From NCBI GenBank assembly GCA_963730935.1, contig CAVSTP010000004.1, positions 800,001-864,000 of the forward strand: 64,000 nt of DNA. Reading direction: 5' to 3'. The notes beneath the pieces are model-generated. The model was not told the DNA's origin. It saw only the letters and a program-made list of their open reading frames with translations, and did no database searches. The translations under genes were made by a program, and so were the position numbers. The first letter of the stretch is position 1, and every line of letters begins with the position of its first letter. The DNA comes from an uncultured Nitrospiraceae bacterium (GTDB taxonomy: Bacteria; Nitrospirota; Nitrospiria; Nitrospirales; Nitrospiraceae). Of the stretch, positions 60,453-64,000 are shown piece by piece.

Positions 60453-62637
60453 ATGACGAATTTGCCACCAGATCGCCAGCCTCAGACTCCCGACACATCC
60501 GTCGACCTCGGCAGTCCAAGCTTGTTTTTCAACCGAGAACTCAGCTGGCTCCAATTCAACCTGCGAGTCTTAGAGGAAGCCGAAAATACGAGACATCCAT
60601 TGCTGGAACGGGTCAAGTTTCTGGCAATCTTCGCGACGAATCTCGACGAGTTCTTCATGGTGAGAGTATCGGGTCTCCGCCGTCAAATTGCGGGAGGAGC
60701 CGGCGAGATCCCGCCCGACGCCATGACGCCTTCTGATCAAATGTTGGCCATATGCCGTGAGCTGACAGTACATCTTGAGCGGCATCAAGACTGCTGGAAG
60801 AAAGATCTCTTGCCCAGGCTCCGTGAAGCAGGCATTCATGTCCTCCACATGAATGAATTGAATCAGCGCGAGCGGGACAGCCTGCGCCAATACTTTTCAC
60901 GAGAAATCTTTCCGACGCTCACTCCTCTGGCCATTGACCCGACCCACCCCTTTCCACATATCTCGAATCTCAGTTTCAATCTCGCAGTCGTCGTCAAAGA
61001 TCCTGATCGCGGTGAATGCTTCGCCCGCGTCAAGTTACCGGACGTGTTTCGGCGCCTCGTGTCCGTTCCCGGGCACGATGCGGACGCTCCGAAGAAAACA
61101 GAACTGGAGACAAGTCAGAAGAGCCAACGATTCGTCTGGCTGGAAGAGATTGTGGCAGACAATCTGGATCTGCTGTTTCCCGGTCTCGAAATCGTCGCCT
61201 CTTATCCCTTCCGCGTGACACGGGACGTCGAAGTGACGATCAAAGATGACGAAGCTCCCGACCTGATCACGGCGGTCGAGGAACAGCTCGAGTTACAGGA
61301 GTTTGGTTCCACGGTGCGGTTGGAGCTGGATGCCACCACTCCGAAGCATATTGCCGAAATCCTCACCAAGAACCTCCAGTTACCATCGTATTTGGTCTAC
61401 ACCGGAGAGGATCCGATCGGCATGGCCGGAGATCATGGAACTGACCTCGCTCGAACGTCCCGACCTGAAAGATGCTCCTTTCCAGCCATCCATTCCTGCG
61501 CTCTTAAGCAAGCCTGGCGGCATCCTGAACGCCATTCGGCACCAGGACTTGCTGCTCTATCATCCCTATGACAGTTTCATGCCAGTTGTGGACTTCGTCC
61601 GCGAGGCGGCCAATGATCCCAATGTCCTCGCGATCAAACAGACACTCTATCGTGTCAACCCACGATCGCCCATTGTTGACGCGTTGATGGAGGCCCGCGT
61701 CAACGGGAAGCAGGTGGCCGTCCTTGTCGAGCTGAAGGCCCGATTTGATGAAGAAAACAATATCGAATGGGCTCGGAAGCTTGAAGACGAAGGCGTGCAC
61801 GTCGTCTATGGAGTGCGCGGGCTCAAGACCCATACGAAGGTCTGTTTGGTCATCAGACGGGATGCCGATGGAATCCGGCGCTATGTCCATCTCGGCACTG
61901 GAAACTATAACGTCGTGTCGAGTCGCATCTACACCGACCTGAGCTATTTCACTTGTGATCCCGTCATCGGCACTGATGTGTCAGACCTCTTCAATGCTCT
62001 GACCGGATACTCCCGCAAGATAGCCTACGCGAGATTGCTGGTCGCCCCAACGACATTGAGGCGGGAAATGATCGAACGAATTGATCGTGAGATCCACCAT
62101 CACCGCGAACATGGCGGAGGGCACCTTTCTTTCAAGATGAATGCGCTCGTCGACAAGCCATGCATCCAAGCGCTCTATCGTGCGTCGCAAGCCGGCGTGA
62201 AAATCGATTTACAGGTACGAGGCATCTGCTGCTTGCGGCCCGGCGTGCCAAGAGTGAGTGAAACCATCACGGTGCGCTCGGTCGTCGGTCGGTTTCTGGA
62301 ACATGCCAGGATCTACTACTTTCACAATGCGGGACAACACGAAGTGCTCTTAGGCAGCGCGGATCTTATGCCGCGAAATCTCGATCGCAGGGTGGAAATT
62401 CTCTTTCCCGTGCTTCATCCGCAATGGCGAGACACGATCATCAATGACATTCTCGCGGTGGGAATTCGGGATAATGTTCAGGCAAGACGATTGCTGCCTG
62501 ATGGCAGGTACGAACGTCTTCATCCGCTGGATGGCGATCAGGCGATCGATTCTCAAGAATGGCTGCTCACTCGATGGAAGTCCGAGTCGAAAAAAGATAC
62601 CGCCTCAGATCGTTTACGTGTAACCTCGATTGAGTGA
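60453..62637 (+). pseudogene. ppk1: Polyphosphate kinase 1, frameshifted
   Basis: FNRELSWL, NLDEFFMVRV in the first frame; HPYDSF, ELKARFDEENN, GRFLEH in the second. Extra G at about 61428. Confidence 0.85.
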
Positions 62638-63245
62638 AAAAAGCCAGGCGCTCATCACACGACTGCTACCGAGCACAATTCGCCATTCACGCCTGCTTTT
62701 TCACATTTGCTTTTCTGGGTCTATCGATCCTCGTCTCAGAACACAGCATCGCAGGTGATATCACTCTTTTGGACATCGGCCCACGCTACGGGTTCAGCCG
62801 GAATGAACCTCTTTTAGGGAAGCGACAAACAGAATCTTTTAACCTTGTCGACCTAGCTGCCACCTTCAGACTGCCTTGGTCATGGCCACTGGGGCAGAGT
62901 CCGTGGAGTATCGAGACAAGACTGATCACCAGCGCGGGAGCTCTCTCCGCTGCTGGGAAAACCGGGTTCATTGCAGCTGTCCACCCGGATGTGGCCTTGA
63001 CCGGCTGGAACAATTTTGTTTCGATTGATGTGGGAGTAGGTCTAGCATTCTTGGGGCGAGAACAATACGGCTCGCAGGACTTCGGAGGGCCTGTCCAATT
63101 TGGACTCACGATGGCGCTTCAAATCCACCCGATCTCTCATGCGTTTGCGGGCTTTCGATTTCAGCACTTTTCAGACGCAGGCATGTATGGTTCGGATTCC
63201 CTCGGCATTGACTTATACCTCATCGAGGTCGGCTACCGATTCTGA
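62634..63245 (+). CDS. Acyloxyacyl hydrolase / PagL-like outer-membrane protein
   Basis: FGGPVQF, FQHFSDAG, terminal GYRF. Confidence 0.75.
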   Translation: MKKARRSSHDCYRAQFAIHACFFTFAFLGLSILVSEHSIAGDITLLDIGPRYGFSRNEPLLGKRQTESFNLVDLAATFRLPWSWPLGQSPWSIETRLITSAGALSAAGKTGFIAAVHPDVALTGWNNFVSIDVGVGLAFLGREQYGSQDFGGPVQFGLTMALQIHPISHAFAGFRFQHFSDAGMYGSDSLGIDLYLIEVGYRF

Positions 63246-63747
63246 TGTCAACCCTAGCCGACCCCGAATTAGTCTGGGAATGTCTGCTTCGACGAACTTC
63301 CCGAGAAGGATGAGCGATTCTTGCCATGATGACGCCGAAACATTCCATCGGTGAGTGGGGTGTTATGGCTGACTTTGCCGCTCCCTAGGGGCACGTCCTC
63401 TCGCTATGGGAAAAGCCGAAAACATAAGCCTACGGGCCGGGAAGACACAAGGTGGGGCAAAACGACCGTGCCATCCGAACGGCAAGGCGGGACGAAGGAG
63501 AGAAAACGGGGGTCTCCTGAATCGCGGCGCATGGCGGTCCAGTCTTGTCGCCTACATCTCGGTTGAACGTCTCCATGCGCAACGGTGGGAGAAATTCGCT
63601 GACCCATAGTCAGCACATCTAATAGGTTCGCCTGTCAATTCTGACAGTATTCCTCTCTCCATCCCGGACATATACTTTCCCTTAAGACTCAACGCGGAGG
63701 AACACAACGTAACCGCCACGGGTTTGTCGGCCTGGAACAAGGCACAC

Positions 63748-64000
63748 ATGGAAATGAAGGGGAAAGTCGTCCTGATTACCGGCGGAGCTGGCGCACTAGG
63801 ACAGAGTGTCGTTCCGGCGTTCGTTTCCGCGGGTGCCTCCGTCATCTTAGGAGATCTCAATCCAGTGCAAGTGCCTGGAGTCACTGCGCTCAAGGCCGAC
63901 TTCACCGACCAGACACAAGTCCGAACCCTCGTGGATGAAGTGATCCGAACGTCAGGCCAGCTCGATGCGCTGATCAATCTGGTCGGTGGCTTCGCCACGG
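63748..64000 (+). CDS. SDR family oxidoreductase (3' partial)
   Basis: Manual translation: MEMKGKVVLITGGAGALG...LDALINLVGGF. Confidence 0.8.
   Translation, partial: MEMKGKVVLITGGAGALGQSVVPAFVSAGASVILGDLNPVQVPGVTALKADFTDQTQVRTLVDEVIRTSGQLDALINLVGGFAT

Larger units (their letters stand above)
336..63537 (+). mobile_element. Array of ~55-60 co-oriented RAYT-associated modular repeats delimiting gene cassettes
   Basis: The core ATTTCGCGGCGCGTGGCGGG and variants recur in most intergenic spaces, always on +. Long copies are listed separately. Short or partial copies lie at about 336, 2882, 5164, 6521, 21816, 23574, 24688, 28495, 36224, 37903, 38286, 38812, 39247, 39957, 41018, 42418, 43468, 43876, 45641, 46245, 46968, 49546, 50358, 50876, 51581, 52032, 52381, 52982, 53957, 55490, 57166, 57706, 58251, 60300 and 63500. 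Confidence 0.85.

Noticed and set aside
336..63537. Classical integron / attC array
   Set aside because: No tyrosine-recombinase IntI in the window. The repeats lack RYYYAAC...GTTRRRY ends, and genes lie in both orientations.
1..64000. tRNA/rRNA genes or prophage
   Set aside because: None recognised by eye, and no phage structural genes.

Overview
This is a bacterial accessory region. The gene families look Nitrospira-like, which is an inference and was not checked. It holds about 80 mostly short, unrelated genes: nucleases, SDRs, methyltransferases, secreted or lipoprotein hypotheticals, a RES-Xre toxin-antitoxin pair, a NarX/KdpD-like two-component module and a frameshifted ppk1. The dominant structure is non-coding. 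Roughly 55-60 copies (counted by eye) of one modular repeat, all on the + strand, separate the genes into cassette-like units of 1-5 genes. The repeat core is CCATTTCGCGGCGCGTGGCGGGCCGG...CTCACCGCTCATCGCACCTCACACCGCGATAGACCCCGCCCACGTGAAAACGTAGAATGTCC. One intact REP-associated HUH tyrosine transposase (RAYT, 9462-10112, minus strand) lies inside the array, along with 3' and 5' fragments of further RAYT copies. The RAYT's own ends are one of the repeat modules. The right end of the repeat looks like an outward sigma70 promoter (TAGACC-N17-TAGAAT). It is retained mainly where the next gene is co-oriented. Full-length repeats stop at about 37.5 kb, giving the array polarity. No integron integrase, attC consensus or cas gene is seen. 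Best hypothesis: an integron-like gene-cassette array built and expressed by RAYT-associated repeats. All coordinates and counts were read manually and repeat edges are approximate.
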